64,000 nt of DNA from Eledone cirrhosa. Taxonomy: Eukaryota. The stretch is taken from positions 272,490,001 to 272,554,000 of the forward strand of contig OZ024740.1 of assembly GCA_964016885.1 (NCBI GenBank), given 5' to 3'. Below the pieces are notes generated by a model. It was given only the letters and a program-made list of their open reading frames with translations. It searched no databases and had not been told where the DNA came from. Below are positions 28,417 to 43,048 of this stretch, piece after piece (the first letter of the stretch is position 1; every line of letters starts with the position of its first letter). The position numbers were made by a program, and so were the translations under genes.

Positions 28417-28520
28417 CACAACCGCAGCCAACACTACCAGCCCGTCTAGAACCAGCACCACCACCAACACCACTACCACCACCACCACCAACACAACAGC
28501 AACAACACTACCACCAGAAA

Positions 28521-28559
<39 letters not shown>

Positions 28560-28632
28560 CATAACCGCAGCCAGCACCACCCTCAGCACCAGCCCGACCA
28601 GAAGCAGCAACACTACTACTACTACTACTACT

Positions 28633-28690
<58 letters not shown>

Positions 28691-28761
28691 TGATAACGAA
28701 GAAAGAGGAGAATTAAAAAAAAAAATGTTTATTGTGTATGTTACGGAGAATTTTATAGAAA

Positions 28762-29138
28762 TTAATTGTTTCTACTTTTTGGCACAAGACCAGCAATTAA
28801 CCAGTGCATTACTGGTACTTTATTTTATCGACCTAGTAAGGATGAAAAGCAAAGTTAACCTCGGCGGGATTCGAACTCAGAATGGCAAGGGCCGTAACTC
28901 TATGCTTCAAAGCATAGCGTCCGACCCTCTACCGACACTGCCAAAGAAATTAATTGTTTATACTATTGGCACAAGGCCAGCAAATACCCAGTGCATTACT
29001 GGTACTTTATTTTATCGACCTAGTAAGGATGAAAAGCAAAGTTAACCTCGGCGGGATTCGAACTCAGAATGGCAAGGGCCGTAACTCTATGCATCAAAGC
29101 ATGGCGTCCAACCCTCCACCGATTCTGCCAATTCACCT
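28762..29138 (-). mobile_element. Two tandem SINE A copies
   Basis: 28762-28944 and 28951-29138 share the private variants GACCTAGTAAGG and GAAAAGC. Confidence 0.85.
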
Positions 29139-29273
29139 GCCAAAGAAATTAATAAAGCAAAACTACAGGAACAAAAAATAAAAAATAAAATCCCCCAAAA
29201 TTCCCCCCTAATTTTTTCTATATCTTGTATGTTACTGTTACTATTGATGTTGAGACTATTTTTACTATCATCG

Positions 29274-29305
<32 letters not shown>

Positions 29306-29519
29306 GCTTCCGTACAACGATACTGTTGTTATTGTTGTTGCTGCTGCTGTTGTTGTTGTTATTGTTCGTCTTGCTGTTGTTTCTATGCAGTATTCATATA
29401 TTAACCAGCTGCCTTTTGCAATGTTGAAATTCTTCCTCTTAAAAGACAATGAGAAGTGAACGAGTGGTAGAGGTCAAAGTCATTGTTGTACTAATGGCGG
29501 CAACGACTGTGTTGGAAGC

Positions 29520-30150
29520 GGTGGTAGTGTTGGTGGTGGGTCGTGGTGGTAGTGGTGGTAGTGTTGGTGGTGGGTCGTGGTGGTAGTGGTGGTAGTGTTG
29601 GTGGTGGGTCGTGGTCATAGTGTTGTTGTCGTTGGTGGTTGTAATTGTGTTGTTTGCGGTGTTGGTATTGGTGTTGGTAGTGGTGGGGTTTGTAGTGTTG
29701 GTGTTGGCAGTGGTAGTGGTGTTGGTAGTGGTAGTGATTGTGGTGTTGGTGTTGGTAGTGGTTGTGGTGTTGGTGATGGTAGTGGTAGGGATTGTGGTGT
29801 TGGTGTTGATAGTGGAAGTCGTGTTGGTTTTGGTAAGAATTGTGATGTTTGCTGTACTGGTGTTGGTAGTGTGTGTGTTGTTCGTGTTGGTGTTGGTAGT
29901 GGTAGGGATTGTGGTGTTGGTAGTGGTGGGGTTTGTGGTGTTGGTGTTTGAAATGGCGATGTTTGCAGAATTGGTGTTGGTAGTGGTGGGGTTTGTGGTG
30001 TTGGTGTTAGTATTGGTAGTGTTAGGGTTTGTAGTGTTGGTGTTAGTGTCGGTATTGGTGGGGTTTGTAGTGTTGGTGTTGGTGTTGGTAGTGTTGGTGT
30101 TGGTTTAGGTAGTGTTGGTGTTGGTATTGGTAATGGTAGGGATTGTGTAG
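29520..30150. repeat. GT-rich low-complexity repeat (GGTGTT/GGTAGT)n
   Basis: Degenerate hexamer array. Confidence 0.8.
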
Positions 30151-30650
30151 TTAGAATATGACTTTTATTACAATTCTGGTATTCCTTTGGCCATATACTG
30201 AAGTAGGCATCTCTCGGCTGGTGTATGTTGCTTTTGTTGTGCTTGCTTTCTCGTTTCATCGTCTGTTTTAAATACAACTCAGATTGTCCAAATGTAGGAT
30301 ATTTCAGTTCATATATTCTCAGGAACGATTCTCAGTTCATCTGGAGAACTGGAGTATGTTGAAGTAACTGCTAATCGAATATATATAGATTCTTGCACAC
30401 AGCATGTAAGGTGCCACTTACTGAAAGGAAAGATTACTGGAAAAGAATTATGGTCCTTTGTGAGGATTTCATTTATCAAATCGAAAACTCTATGTATGCA
30501 AACGAATTTATCAACCAGAAGCTGTGAATGTTTGAAGAAATAATATTGGAAAACGCCAGAGGTACTCGTTCACATTTACTTAATCTATACATAAATAGAG
30601 GATGTTTCTTTTTTTCGCCCTTCATCATACATTTCATTATTACGTCTGCT

Positions 30651-31060
30651 AGGGCGGTGGATTGGCAGTATCATTAGAGCATAAGACACCATGCTTTGCA
30701 GTACAGCGTTATGGCCCTTCATAATCTGAGTTCAAATCCCGCCGAGGTTAACTTTGCCTTTCATCCTTACGGGGTCGATAAAATATTTCACCAGTAACGT
30801 ACTGGGGTCGATTTAATCGACTTTCCCCACCCCCAAATTACTTGCCTTGTGCCTATACTAGAAATCATTATTGGTGGATTGGCAGTATCGGTAGAGGGTC
30901 GGACACCATGCTTTGACGCATAGAGTTACGGCCCTTGCCATTCTGAGTTCGAATCCCGCCAAGGTTAACTTTGCCTTTCATCCTTACGGGGTCGATAAAA
31001 TATTGTACCAGCAATGCACTGGGTAATTGCTGGCTTTGTGCCTAACGTAGAAACAATTAT
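30651..31060 (+). mobile_element. Two tandem SINE A copies
   Basis: 30651-30871 (long-tail form) and 30873-31060. ATTATTACGTCTGCT flanks both ends of the pair. Confidence 0.85.
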
Positions 31061-31996
31061 TACGTCTGCTGTTTTTTGTCACGTAATATTTCCATGTATT
31101 TGAAACGTTTTTCGTAATGATTATAGTCTAGAATTTTAATGCTTGTCTCTAGTTTAGCGCAGCACGCTCTGTTTGTGTATCCCTTTGTGTCTTGAGAAAG
31201 TTTGAAAGCATTTGGCGAAATATTTGTATTTTTATTACCGCCCTCATTAAAAGTACTGTTATTACCGACCTCATTAAAAGTGTTTTTATTACCGACCTCG
31301 TTAAAAGTATTGTTATTTGTGTTACAAATGCCTGTTACACTAAAAATAAGACAACGAACTGTGTTTCAGCTCTGGCTATCTTGCAGCTGCAACTGATTGT
31401 GTTCTGCAAATAGCACTAGCAGCATCTGCAGTCATGATCTTCACTCAGAGGTTTTCTGTTGTTGTTTCCTCTACTGGTGTCTGTGGCCACCCTCTATCAT
31501 ATCTTGCTTTTCCAGGTGTTAACTGAAGTCCCACCAATGGTTCTTATTGTTACACAAATAGCAACAGGTGTTTCTGCGCAGCACTACAACTCTGATCGAC
31601 TTTCTCTCTGCTCACACAATGGATTATAGCTCCGGGAGAGTCATGTTGTCTTCACATTTTTCAGGACTGACATGGTAATGCAGAAATCTCCAGGGTAAAC
31701 TCTGCCTTCGAAATTTCCCGTAATGGGACAGCAATCTAAGAGTCAACGTCAATACAAATATCTCGCTTGGCAATTTCAAGTTTTTATTCGAAAATTTCGT
31801 ACGGCTTATCCGATATCCCAGTCAACGCAGTACGTTTTAACGAGGGTATCCAGGACATTATATATGTACATGGATATATATATTTCGTTTTTGAATTTGT
31901 TTATTGCAGCATGACCATCCCAAAGTATAACAATATATATATATATATATATACATACACACATATGTATATATATGCATATATACATACACACGC

Positions 31997-32071
<75 letters not shown>

Positions 32072-32077
32072 TATACT

Positions 32078-32107
<30 letters not shown>

Positions 32108-32109
<2 letters not shown>

Positions 32110-32265
32110 GACTAAAGAAATGTTTAGCCTGATAGTGGGGTTTATAACCCTCGGAGAAATGGAAAAAGATGAGTGTTGCCGTACATGTGTACGGCAACAC
32201 TCATCTTTTTCCATTTCTCCGAGGGTTATAAACCCCACTATCAGGCTAGAAATTTCTTTAGTCTA
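32108..32265. repeat. Near-perfect 158-bp palindrome adjoining (TA)n
   Basis: 78-bp arms around a 2-nt centre (32186-32187), with 2 mismatches. Confidence 0.9.
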
Positions 32266-32362
32266 AAATACGGTGAAAGCTTATAATTTCTAATTTCTAA
32301 TTTCAAACTCGCGCACCGTTTCAAAAACATACTTACATGTTTACGTTTATAATTTGCTTGTT

Positions 32363-32393
<31 letters not shown>

Positions 32394-32793
32394 ATATGTA
32401 TATATATATATGTATATATATATGTATATATGTATATATGTATATATGTATATATACATAAATACATACATATATACATATATACATATATGTATATATG
32501 TATATACATAAATACATAAAAACATACATATATACATATATACATAAATACATAAATACATACATATATACATATATGTATATATGTATATATGTATATA
32601 TACATAAATACATACATATATACATATATACATACATATATATTGATTATCGAACTTTTACGCACATTACACAGATGATTGGCTCAAGGGCCCCCATTGA
32701 TGCTATGGACTCGAATCTAGCATCGATCTGCTCGTCAGACTTGGTGATTCAACAAAAACCAGAGTATTTTGAATCACCAAGTCTGACGATTAA

Positions 32794-32836
<43 letters not shown>

Positions 32837-32993
32837 GATTTATGCTCTGAAATAGCGATGTATACATGAATGTATGTATAGTATATCTGGCGATATACTG
32901 TATGTTTAATTAAAAACATTTTGAAGACCTTGCGCTATTATTTTAAAGTAGTGACTATGTCCCTTACTTCTTTTTTCAACAAGGGAAGGGAGA

Positions 32994-33039
32994 TAAGCTG
33001 ACAGATTTGTTTCACACTGTTGGTGTTCATCAGAGCTTA
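32994..33039 (-). ncRNA. Canonical type I hammerhead ribozyme (family F3)
   Basis: Reverse complement TAAGCT-CTGATGA-ACACcaacaGTGT-GAAACA-AATC-TGTC|AGCTTA. Helix I extends through an internal loop over 32975-33061. Confidence 0.85.
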
Positions 33040-33477
33040 GCACTCGCCGACCTTTGTTGAACATTTTAGAGGCTGGATTCTTATAGAATTCCAGTAATAA
33101 TCAGAAACTGGACCCTGAACCCTAAGGTCGTGCATAAATGTTAAGTGCATGAAATTTAATATAAACTAAATAAGCTCTCTTGTACTAAACTTAGCATTGT
33201 TTTCCTTTACCTTTTTTCTACGGATATCCTGCATAAACACACACACACACGCTCTCTCTCTCTATCTCTCACACACACACACACACATGCTCTCTCTCTC
33301 TCTCACATACACACACGCACATACACGCACACATGCTCTCTCTCTCTCTCACATACACACATACACACGCACACACACGCACACACACACACATGCTCTC
33401 TCTCTCTCTCTCACACACACACATACACACACACGCACACACACATACTCTCTCTCTCTCTCACACACTCACACATG

Positions 33478-33509
<32 letters not shown>

Positions 33510-34321
33510 TATATATATACATATATACATATATATATATATACATATACAAACGTCTATATGTAACGTCCATCTGTTTTCCGAGAATTCCGCTCGCTTT
33601 TCTATATTCTAAATTTTAACCAAAAGGACATTGAACTGAGGCATGTAAAATAAATTGTTCTGCCTAGAACCAATCTGTTGTTTACAGTAGATTTGAATTC
33701 CCAACCATAAGCTGGTAGTGCAATACTGTAACTAGTCGACGATTTTATCTCTTATAATTGGAATGCTCTCCTGAAAATTAATATCTGAAACATGTGGCTC
33801 ATATTCTAAAGATGACAGTGGCATTTTTTTAATGGAGATTCAGCCACTAGATTGAGTAGGGCGATCATTTAAATAGAAGCTCGCCACGCAGCTTCCTTAA
33901 TTACTAGCAATATGACAGGGTTAATCTATACAAACCTTTTTACGCCATTGCCTTTGTTTAGTTTAACACAAACCTTATATAAATGTATTATACACATATA
34001 CACGCAACCTTTCTCATATTATCCCCCCCCCACTCATTCCATGTATGCTTGCATAAGCGTGTATGAAGCAGAGTTATGGAATATTATTAAATAGTAGGAA
34101 TGCTGACGAGAACAACTGAGTAATAACGGTCCGTAGGGAAATGATGAAATTTTAACCAAGGGATGATAAACTGCTTTGACTGTTATAGGCATAATGAGAC
34201 GTAGTGATAAACATATCAAACTGAAAACAAAGAATAATCAATTAAAATAAAATAAACATTTCAACCCCCCAAATTAATAACAAAACGGAAATTCAATACA
34301 AAAATATTAAATACATGTATA

Positions 34322-34505
<184 letters not shown>

Positions 34506-34510
34506 GTATG

Positions 34511-34541
<31 letters not shown>

Positions 34542-34542
34542 G

Positions 34543-34597
<55 letters not shown>

Positions 34598-34686
34598 ACA
34601 TACATACATACATACACACACATATATATATATATGTATGTATGTATGTTTGTATATATATATATATGTATGTATATATATATATG

Positions 34687-34726
<40 letters not shown>

Positions 34727-34736
34727 TATATGTATG

Positions 34737-34786
<50 letters not shown>

Positions 34787-34857
34787 AATAAAAGTAGAGA
34801 GAAACGGACGCTTCAGAAATTGGGTTGATGTAGGTGTAGAGGTCTCCGATGAACTGC

Positions 34858-34889
<32 letters not shown>

Positions 34890-34946
34890 ATGGTGGTGGT
34901 AGTAGTAGTAGTGATGGTGGTGGTGGTAGTAGTAGTAGTAGTGATG

Positions 34947-34987
<41 letters not shown>

Positions 34988-35819
34988 GGTAGTAGTAGTA
35001 GTGATGGTGGTGGTGGTGGTAGTGGTAGTAGTAGTAGTAGTAGTAGTCGTAGTAGTGGTGATGGTGGTGGTAGTAGTAGTAGTGATGGTGGTGGCGGTGG
35101 TAGTGGTAGTAGTTGTAGTAGTAGTAGTAGTAGTTATAGTTGTAGTTGTAGTTTTAGTTGTTGTATTTGTAGTTGTTCTTCTGTTTATCGAGATGGGAAT
35201 GAGGAGGTTTGACATGGGTGGAGGGAGGGACCTATGAAATAATGAAGCCTCTATTGAGTAATTTGATGTCAACTTATTAACATAAGATTAATTTGGGATG
35301 TGACCAAACTATCAACTATAACAACTGCAACAGTAGATAAAGAATAAGAACGACATATATGTAAAGAGTTGGCTTATCTGGAATAAATTTTTCATTAAAA
35401 TGTTAATGAAAAATATGTAAAAAAATATGTTGTATTAATGAAATTTGAAGGGAGCTTTTACAAGAGAAAGAAAAGAGACGATATTCTCCTCTTATATTAA
35501 ATAAAATACAATAGAATATTATAGGATAAAATAAAATAAAATCTTGGTTGAATGATGAGGAAGTAAAGAGAAAAATACGGAGAGCGATGTTTTAAGGGCG
35601 TGGTTGAGAAAAATGGGAAAATCGAATCTAAGGCAAGAAAGAACGAAGCAGAAAAAAAGTATGAAAAGGTAAAACAGAAAAATGATAGTAAATAAAGGGA
35701 GAAAAAGTAAAAAAATGTGGAGTAATGAGAGAATGTAAGGATATTTCTTATGTAACGAACAGCACAAACGTCAAACAAATACTGAAGCAATATATTACAG
35801 CTTAAAAGAAATTACAATA

Positions 35820-36448
35820 ATAATTGTTTCTAATTTTGGCACAAGGCCAGCAATTATCTCAGTACATTAGTGGTACTTTATTTTATCGACCCCCGTAAGG
35901 ATGAAAGGCAAAGTTAACCTCGGCGGCGTTTGAACTGAGATCACAAAGGACCATAACTCTATGCTATAAAGCATGGCGTCCAACCCGATACTAATAATTT
36001 TTTCTACTTTAGACAAAAGGCCAGCAATTTGAAGGGGAGGGGAAAGTCTTTTAAATCGACCGCCGTGCATTACTGGTGGTTTATTTATCGACCCCATAAG
36101 AATGAAAGGCATAGTTAACCTCGGTGGGATTTGAACTCAACGTAAATGGCCGTAGCTCTATGCTGCGATGCATGGCGTCCGACGCTCTACATATACTGCC
36201 AATCTACCACCCTAATAATGATAATAATAATAATAGTTTCTTATATAGGCACAAGGCTAAACAATTTTGGGGGAGGGGAAAGTCAATCAAATCCGACCCC
36301 AGTGCATTACTGGTACTTTATTTTATCGACCCTCGTAAGGATGAACGGCAAAGTTAACCTCAGCGGGATTTGAACTCAGATCATAAAGGGGCGTAACTCT
36401 ATGCTGTAAAGCATGGTGTCCGACCCTCTACCGGTACTGCCTATCCAC
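35820..36448 (-). mobile_element. Three tandem SINE A copies
   Basis: 35820-35990, 35996-36212 and 36232-36448, with (AAT)n spacers. Confidence 0.85.
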
Positions 36449-37431
36449 GATAATAATACAGTAGATTTAAACTGTTTCTCTGAAAATGAAATAAAATACT
36501 GGTAAGCATCTTTTATATTTCTAAATGATTATATAGTTTTAGTGGGTACGGTTATTTTCATTAATGAAATATTTTTGGTCTTTGTTAGATTACGATAGAA
36601 GAAGATTAAATCAAAAAACTGTTTAAAATGTAATTAATTAATTATTTCCCACTGTTCTTGATTATTTGACTTAAAACAAAACGAAACGATACAAAACGAG
36701 GCAATGAATAAAAAAAATGCAGATATTGTCGTTCATAAAAGACCTTCATGCAGATTGGCAAAAAAACAAAAAGGCTTATTTGTTAGTTTGGAATTAACAT
36801 ATGTGTGTGCCTGTCTGTGTATGTCTGTTGGTATGTGTTCGTGTTTTGTTCATGGGCATGTTTACTTTTGCTTTTAGTTTCTTTGTTAAAATTTTATTCA
36901 ATTTTATTTAGTATTTTGTAATTTGTTTTGAAATATGCTCCTTTGCGGTTTAATTAAATGTTCTTTTCTAGCGTCACCATGTCTGTTCCATTGATTATAT
37001 AGTTAGTTATCTATCCCTTTGCAACAAACTGCAATTCTTCAGAGTCACAGCAATTTTCAAACAAAACGATAGAGTGCTTCAATTTCATATACTGTTGTAA
37101 AAAGGAAGAATAAAAGAAAAAAATCTAGGCGCTTAAATTACAATAGACACAAATAAAAACTTACAATGAAAGTCCCTTTAAAGCAGCATGTCCCAGCCCG
37201 TTTTACTAAACATTTTCCTAAAACAATTTGAATATTTACTAGTCCCCTCCACAATTTTTACCCGTATATCATAAAATAGTGGCTATAATAAATGTAAACG
37301 GTTTTCTTATTTTTCTTATAAAGTTACATTGTTTATTAATATTATTAAAATAAGAAAATAATATAGAAAACATTGATTGTTAATTGTTAGATGACATTTT
37401 GCACAAATGAATGTATGAGTTCAACGGACTA

Positions 37432-37650
37432 TAATCGTTTATTATATAGGTACAAGGCCATGAATTTCGGGGGAGGGGAAGTCGCTTTACTCGATTTAAT
37501 GCGCGACTGATACTATATTTCATCGACTCCGTAAGAATGAAAGGCAAAGTTAACATCGGCAGGATTTGAAATCAGATCATAAAGGGCCGTAACTCTATGC
37601 TGCAAAGCATGGCGCCTGACCCTCTACCGATACTGCCAATCCACCGCCCT
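37432..37650 (-). mobile_element. SINE family A
   Basis: Full length. TTCAACGGACTATAAT is duplicated at both flanks. Confidence 0.85.
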
Positions 37651-38354
37651 TCAACGGACTATAATAAACACATGATCCACATGACAGGTACAATGTGTCC
37701 GAACACGGAAGAGTCGAACTCCCACTGTCATCGCCTCCATCTCTCTCGCCATCCCCATCTCTCTGTGTTGTGAGCAAATGGGGTCCCACGTGCTGGCCAC
37801 CCCAAAGCCCCGTCGGACAGAATGGAGAAGGCGTTTCTCAGGAGGATGTATTGAGCCACGAATATTTTGCGCCTTGTCAGTTAAGGTACCATCTGCTGAC
37901 ATATCTTACAGCAAACGAAATCTACTCAAGAGCTCCCCAAGGAAAATAATGACACAAGACAGACTGAATGATTTCCTAGCCGCGGTATTGAGAGGGACCT
38001 TGCGGGGGTAATTGACTTCAGCTTAAAAATATAGATATCGTTTTAAAAAGGTACGTAGAGAACGATTCATTAAATTGTCAATTCTTCATTATTGAATTGA
38101 TAAACAGTGTTTTCTAACTTTTCTTCACTTCTTAAACACTTGGATGCTACAACCTCCAAATCCCTCACCTGTAATTATAAGCAAACTAAAATCACCAAAA
38201 GGATTGGGGTTGGGTGATAGAACCTTATTTTCGTCTTAAGAAAAACAAAACTAAACAAAACATAACAAAAAAGAAAAAAGATTTTTGAAAATTTCGTTCG
38301 GTTCAGGTAAGAATAAAAAATGTCATTGATTTGTATTATTTTTCTCGACCATCA

Positions 38355-38528
38355 CGGTGATGGATTGGTAGTATCGGTAGACCGCCGGACAACATGCTGC
38401 GCAGCATATAGTTATGGTCCTTTACGTTCTTAGTTCGAATCCTGCCGAGGTTAGCTTTGCCTTTCATCCTTACGGGGTCAATAAAATAAAGCACCAATAA
38501 TGCACTGGAGTCGATTTAATAGACTTTT
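38355..38528 (+). mobile_element. SINE family A
   Basis: Head and core present. ATTTTCTCGACCAT flanks both sides. Confidence 0.8.
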
Positions 38529-39926
38529 CCTAAATATTTTCTCGACCATAAGTTCACTTCAAAACGGCTGAACTTTCCGTTGTTAACGGAAATGTGTTTT
38601 TCCCTTTATACCTTTTTTCATCACAATATCCGTCCTTTTCCTTTCCAACAACAATAAATCAACTGAGCTTGAGACTTTTCTATTTTTAATTACATTTTAA
38701 AATATGGTGTTAACGATTACAAAAAATAATAATATACAAAATTTAAAATTAATTGAGCAAGTTTTGATCAGAGAGATTGATCATCGATTTAAGTAGGTTT
38801 AAAATCAAAATATTTTCTTGGAAAATCTGGTCGTTGTGCTAAGATCTTCGGCAATTGTATTGGAATATATTTGGATTTAAATATTTTACTTACTATATTT
38901 TTAGTGAAGTTTATTTTTTCTTACCTAGTTACTATCATCTGCCTGCGGGCGAAAATTGTGTTTGTCTTTTACAGAGTAAATAGATGGATATTCTAAATGG
39001 ACGGCACTCACTAAAAGTCCCGATAAAGTAAAAAAAATCAGGTTTTCAAATGCTTCAGTCCACAGTTGGATTTGTCAGAAGATCCTTCAATTTAAGTAAC
39101 ATGGTGATTTTTAGACAGATGATTAAAGAAATCATCCATTCTCTTGCGGACCGAGCCTACTAAATTTAGTTAAAGTAGTGCCGATATAGCAGGAAACAAG
39201 GTTAGGCCGAAAGATTAGTAGTTAGGTACCTTGAATGTCATGTCAACTGCGAAAATTCAAAATGGCGCTAGTTTATTGTTCGTATATACAGAATCAGAAA
39301 ACTAAAATTAATTTTGATACATAGCTGTTTAATCACGTTAAAGAAAATACTAATTGAAATAAAAAGAATAATGGAAAACTTCACGCCAAGATGAACAGAT
39401 TTCCCCAACGCCGGCTTACTAGAACCCATTTGATTGGAAATTCTACTCTGCCACGCCAAGAAGTATGTTATGTCTACGCTTCAAATCTTAGGAATGCAAC
39501 CTATATTAGTAAGACATTGAGGCATCCCTACATTTTAAAACCCCAAAATTCAAAAAATAAAACAATGAAAATCTAATACAATATAATATAATACAATTTA
39601 GCAGCAGAGACTTGGTTTCTTTTAATCTTTACTTTGTTGATGATGGTGTACACATCTTTCCACCCAGATCAAGCCACAAAATGCCCACATACGGTAAATA
39701 ATTTTATTCACTGGCACAATCGTAACTACAATCGCGCTCTAAAGGGGCGAAACGCTGCTTTAAATTTGGGAAACGCTGCTTTAAAATAAATAACGACTGA
39801 GAAATGGATTAAGGTTTTAGGGTTTAGAGTCTATTAGTGTGTATGTGAGAGAACGAAAGAAACAGCAAGAAAGGAGAGTGAGTTTATGGGTGTGTGTATT
39901 TGTGTCTATGTGAGTGAAAGAGAGAA

Positions 39927-39973
<47 letters not shown>

Positions 39974-40614
39974 GTGAGTGTGTGTTTGCATGTATGTGCA
40001 AGCATGAGTGAAAGAAAGTCATATATGGTTCAACTTCAATTCCATTTGATATGTTTAAAAGACGAAACTCTAGAAGTTCTATTTCTTCCATTTGTATGAA
40101 CAAACTTACATAGTGTTAATTATATTTATATTTATATTATACACTTGGGATATCTTTTTTTAAATAGCTCTTTGTTTCATATCATTTTCATTCCATTTCT
40201 GTTCATCTGGTCCGTGTATTAAAATGGATAGAGTTTTGTTTTTATTTCTCGAATCACTGTTTTCTTATATACGCCTCTCATATATTTAAGTTATATCTCA
40301 AATCCTGTTTAAAAACGTTTTTCAAAATTTCATATATTGCACCTGTACACGCATCACACATTTAGGTAGAAACCTAAAAACCGAAATTTAACTTATTTTT
40401 CACACTTGCTTTTGCAGGCTTTAATATTTTCTTGGTTATATTGCACTTTCTTTATGCCATACTTCAGCCTTGTTACATCAAGTACCTATTCAATAGAGAT
40501 TTCTAATAATTGCTTTGTTAGGCTTTGAAACACAGGTGTGATTTTCAACTCTTGCCTGTTTTAGAAAATTTATTGGATATACATATATGAAGATCAAGCA
40601 GTCAAAGAGAAAGT

Positions 40615-41165
40615 GGCTTATTGTTATTTCCTCATCACCACATATTCTGCAGTTACATTATGTACTGTTGGTGATTTCTGGTCGAAAGGTTTTGATCCTG
40701 AGCCGCAATTAGGTATTCTTCAGTCGGCTTTAAGTTCTGTGTTTCTTAACCAGTTTTGTAGATTTTCCTTGTCCACTTCCACCCTATTCAGTGTTTTGGG
40801 GGTATTACCCACATAGAGAGTTTCCTTGCTATAGTTTTAGCATAAGCATTCTGGAGACCTGTTTCCAATTTTGATTTTATCTTTTTCGCAGATTTTGTGG
40901 CTTTTTCTTCTATCCTTTCATTTTCTTTATACTTATCACAATTCAGTTTCTGTTTTGAACTTGTTAGATCATACGAAGACAGACAACAGTTGTTTTCTTT
41001 TCTTCATGTATCATGGACGTCTGTATTAACTCTCCATTATTTTTCATTAGATGTTTATGTAGGCCTATAGTTACTCGTATTTTATACTAATTTTTCTAAT
41101 TATATAAGGGCCATTCCTCCCTGTGTTCTTCATAGGTATAATATTTTCCATCTGATTATTGATGA
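40615..41165 (-). mobile_element. Decayed R4/Dong-like LINE fragment
   Basis: Minus strand LNRVEVDKENLQNWLRNTELK, plus remnants of IAAQDQ and a C..C motif. Many frameshifts. Confidence 0.5.
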
Positions 41166-41331
41166 TGGAATCGCAGAATTGTTAGAGGTGTCGAACAAAG
41201 AGCTTTGTAGTAATTTGACCTCAGGTTAAGTGGTGTGTAGTGCGATCGAACTCGAAACGAACCTCTTAATTATACATCCATACCAGCGACAGTGATCAAG
41301 TAGCAGCTGTATCGTCCTTGATGTCTCAACA

Positions 41332-41533
41332 TTCGGTAGAGCGTCGGACACCATGCTTTGCAGCATAGAGTTAGTCCTTTACGTTCTGAGTTCAAATCTC
41401 GCTGAAGTTAGCTTTGCCTTACATCCTTACGGGGTCGATAAATAAAGTACCAGCATAACACTGTGGTCGATTTAATTATCTTTTCCCTTCCCTTCAAATT
41501 GCTGGCCCTGTGCCAAATATAGAAACAATTATT
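41332..41533 (+). mobile_element. SINE family A (5'-truncated)
   Basis: Core and long tail present. Further copies at 41849-41978 (-), 46617-46796 (+) and 55733-55904 (+). Confidence 0.8.
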
Positions 41534-42436
41534 ATTTCTAACAGCTTTTTATTGCCATGTGTTCAAAGCATACTTTATATCTGTAAAGTATGGATCTAGA
41601 ACAGATACGTATTTTTTGGAATATTGTAATTCTGTAAATAACAATTAATACTATAATTCTTTTCCTTCTGAAACATCCTTTCTGTTAATATTTCTTTGTT
41701 TGTTTATTATTTTTGCTATTGTTTTTGTGCTGGTTTTTATTGGTGCTTATCATGTTTTATGCAAATATTTTTTTAGCACAACCCTCGAAACATAGTTCTG
41801 TCATAAGCAACTTATCACAGAAACTTCATTTCTATGCTTAAGAATATATTTGTTTCTACTTTTGGCACAAGGCCAGCAATTATCCCAGTGCATTACTGGT
41901 ACTTTATTTGATCTACCCCGTAAGGATGAAAGGCAAAGTTAACCACGGCGGGATTTGAACTCAGAATGACAAGGGCGGTATATATTGAATATATTGAATG
42001 ATAGATAGGATTTTCTTTAGGGAAAATCCTGGAAATAGCGACCATAGTGTCAATTAGATGTAGAACATGGATCATGCTCTCCGATTCTCACTGATTTATG
42101 TGTTTATTTATTTATTTATTTATTTATTTATTGTAATACTTATTTTACACAGCAAATGGTGAACAATAGCACCGCTGGTTAGAAGTTTCTGAAGAGTCCA
42201 TAAATGTCAGACAAGAGAATGACAGAGAGAATGACAATAGAATATCTGTAATGCGATGCAGAAGCAACCTCACAAAGGGTTTTGTTTGATAAGTCTGTTT
42301 TCTCGTTAATATAAACATTGGCGAAAGATATATATATGCACATTTATTCATTCATCTACACACACACATATATATGAGAGATGTATACATATATGTATAT
42401 ATATATATATATAAATATTTATATATCTATATATCT

Positions 42437-42553
<117 letters not shown>

Positions 42554-42598
42554 CGTAAAATAAGAAAATTATAAAATTAACTTACTTACTAAAATATC

Positions 42599-42680
42599 AC
42601 TTCCAACTAATTAGTTTCTGGAATGGAGTAAATATATTTTCCGAAGAAGATATGGAGAAACATTCCGTCGTCAGGGAAGT
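42599..42680 (-). ncRNA. Type I hammerhead with 49-nt stem II
   Basis: Reverse complement ACTTCC-CTGACGA-cGGAATG...CATTCCa-GAAAC-TAATTA-GTT|GGAAGT. Confidence 0.75.
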
Positions 42681-42968
42681 CTATTCTCATCTAAGTTTCC
42701 AGGCAAAGCGAGGACTCTGGAAACTTATTAAAAAATAATTCAGTGGATAGGAAATAGCAAAGCGTGGACTGAATTCCTAGCCATTGAGAAAATCACTGCC
42801 TCTGCGTCTGTGGCAAATTCAAAAAGAATCAATCACGTGACATCGAGGTCAATCAGTGGAAAGTGGTTTGTTAATAAGACAGCGGCCTGCCTACTACCAT
42901 AGCAGCAGTCATGGCCAATATTGCTCGACAAATATGCAAATTTGCCTGGAAACTTAGATGAGAATAGT

Positions 42969-43048
42969 CTTCCCTGACGACGGAATGTTTCTCAATATCT
43001 TCTTCGGAAAATATATTTACTCCATTCCAGAAACTAATTAGTTGGAAG
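42969..43048 (+). ncRNA. Type I hammerhead with 49-nt stem II
   Basis: CTTCC-CTGACGA-cGGAATG...CATTCCa-GAAAC-TAATTA-GTT|GGAAG, with palindromic stem III AACTAATTAGTT. Confidence 0.75.

Noticed and set aside
27046-28494. 482-aa His/Ile-rich ORF; also superficially CRISPR-like regular repeats
   Set aside because: A minisatellite whose units shift frame. The 'spacers' are only variable (GAT)n, there are no cas genes and the context is eukaryotic.
29577-30277. Gly/Val-rich or Pro/Thr-rich ORFs (suckerin- or mucin-like look)
   Set aside because: A low-complexity GGT/GTT array open in several frames, with no splice or signal-peptide support.
30651-30745. tRNA gene
   Set aside because: The A and B boxes belong to SINE heads with an over-long spacer, and there is no cloverleaf.
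42934-42941. ATGCAAAT upstream of the 42969 hammerhead
   Set aside because: It lies at the inversion junction, is absent from the intact monomer copy, and its spacing does not match the other modules.
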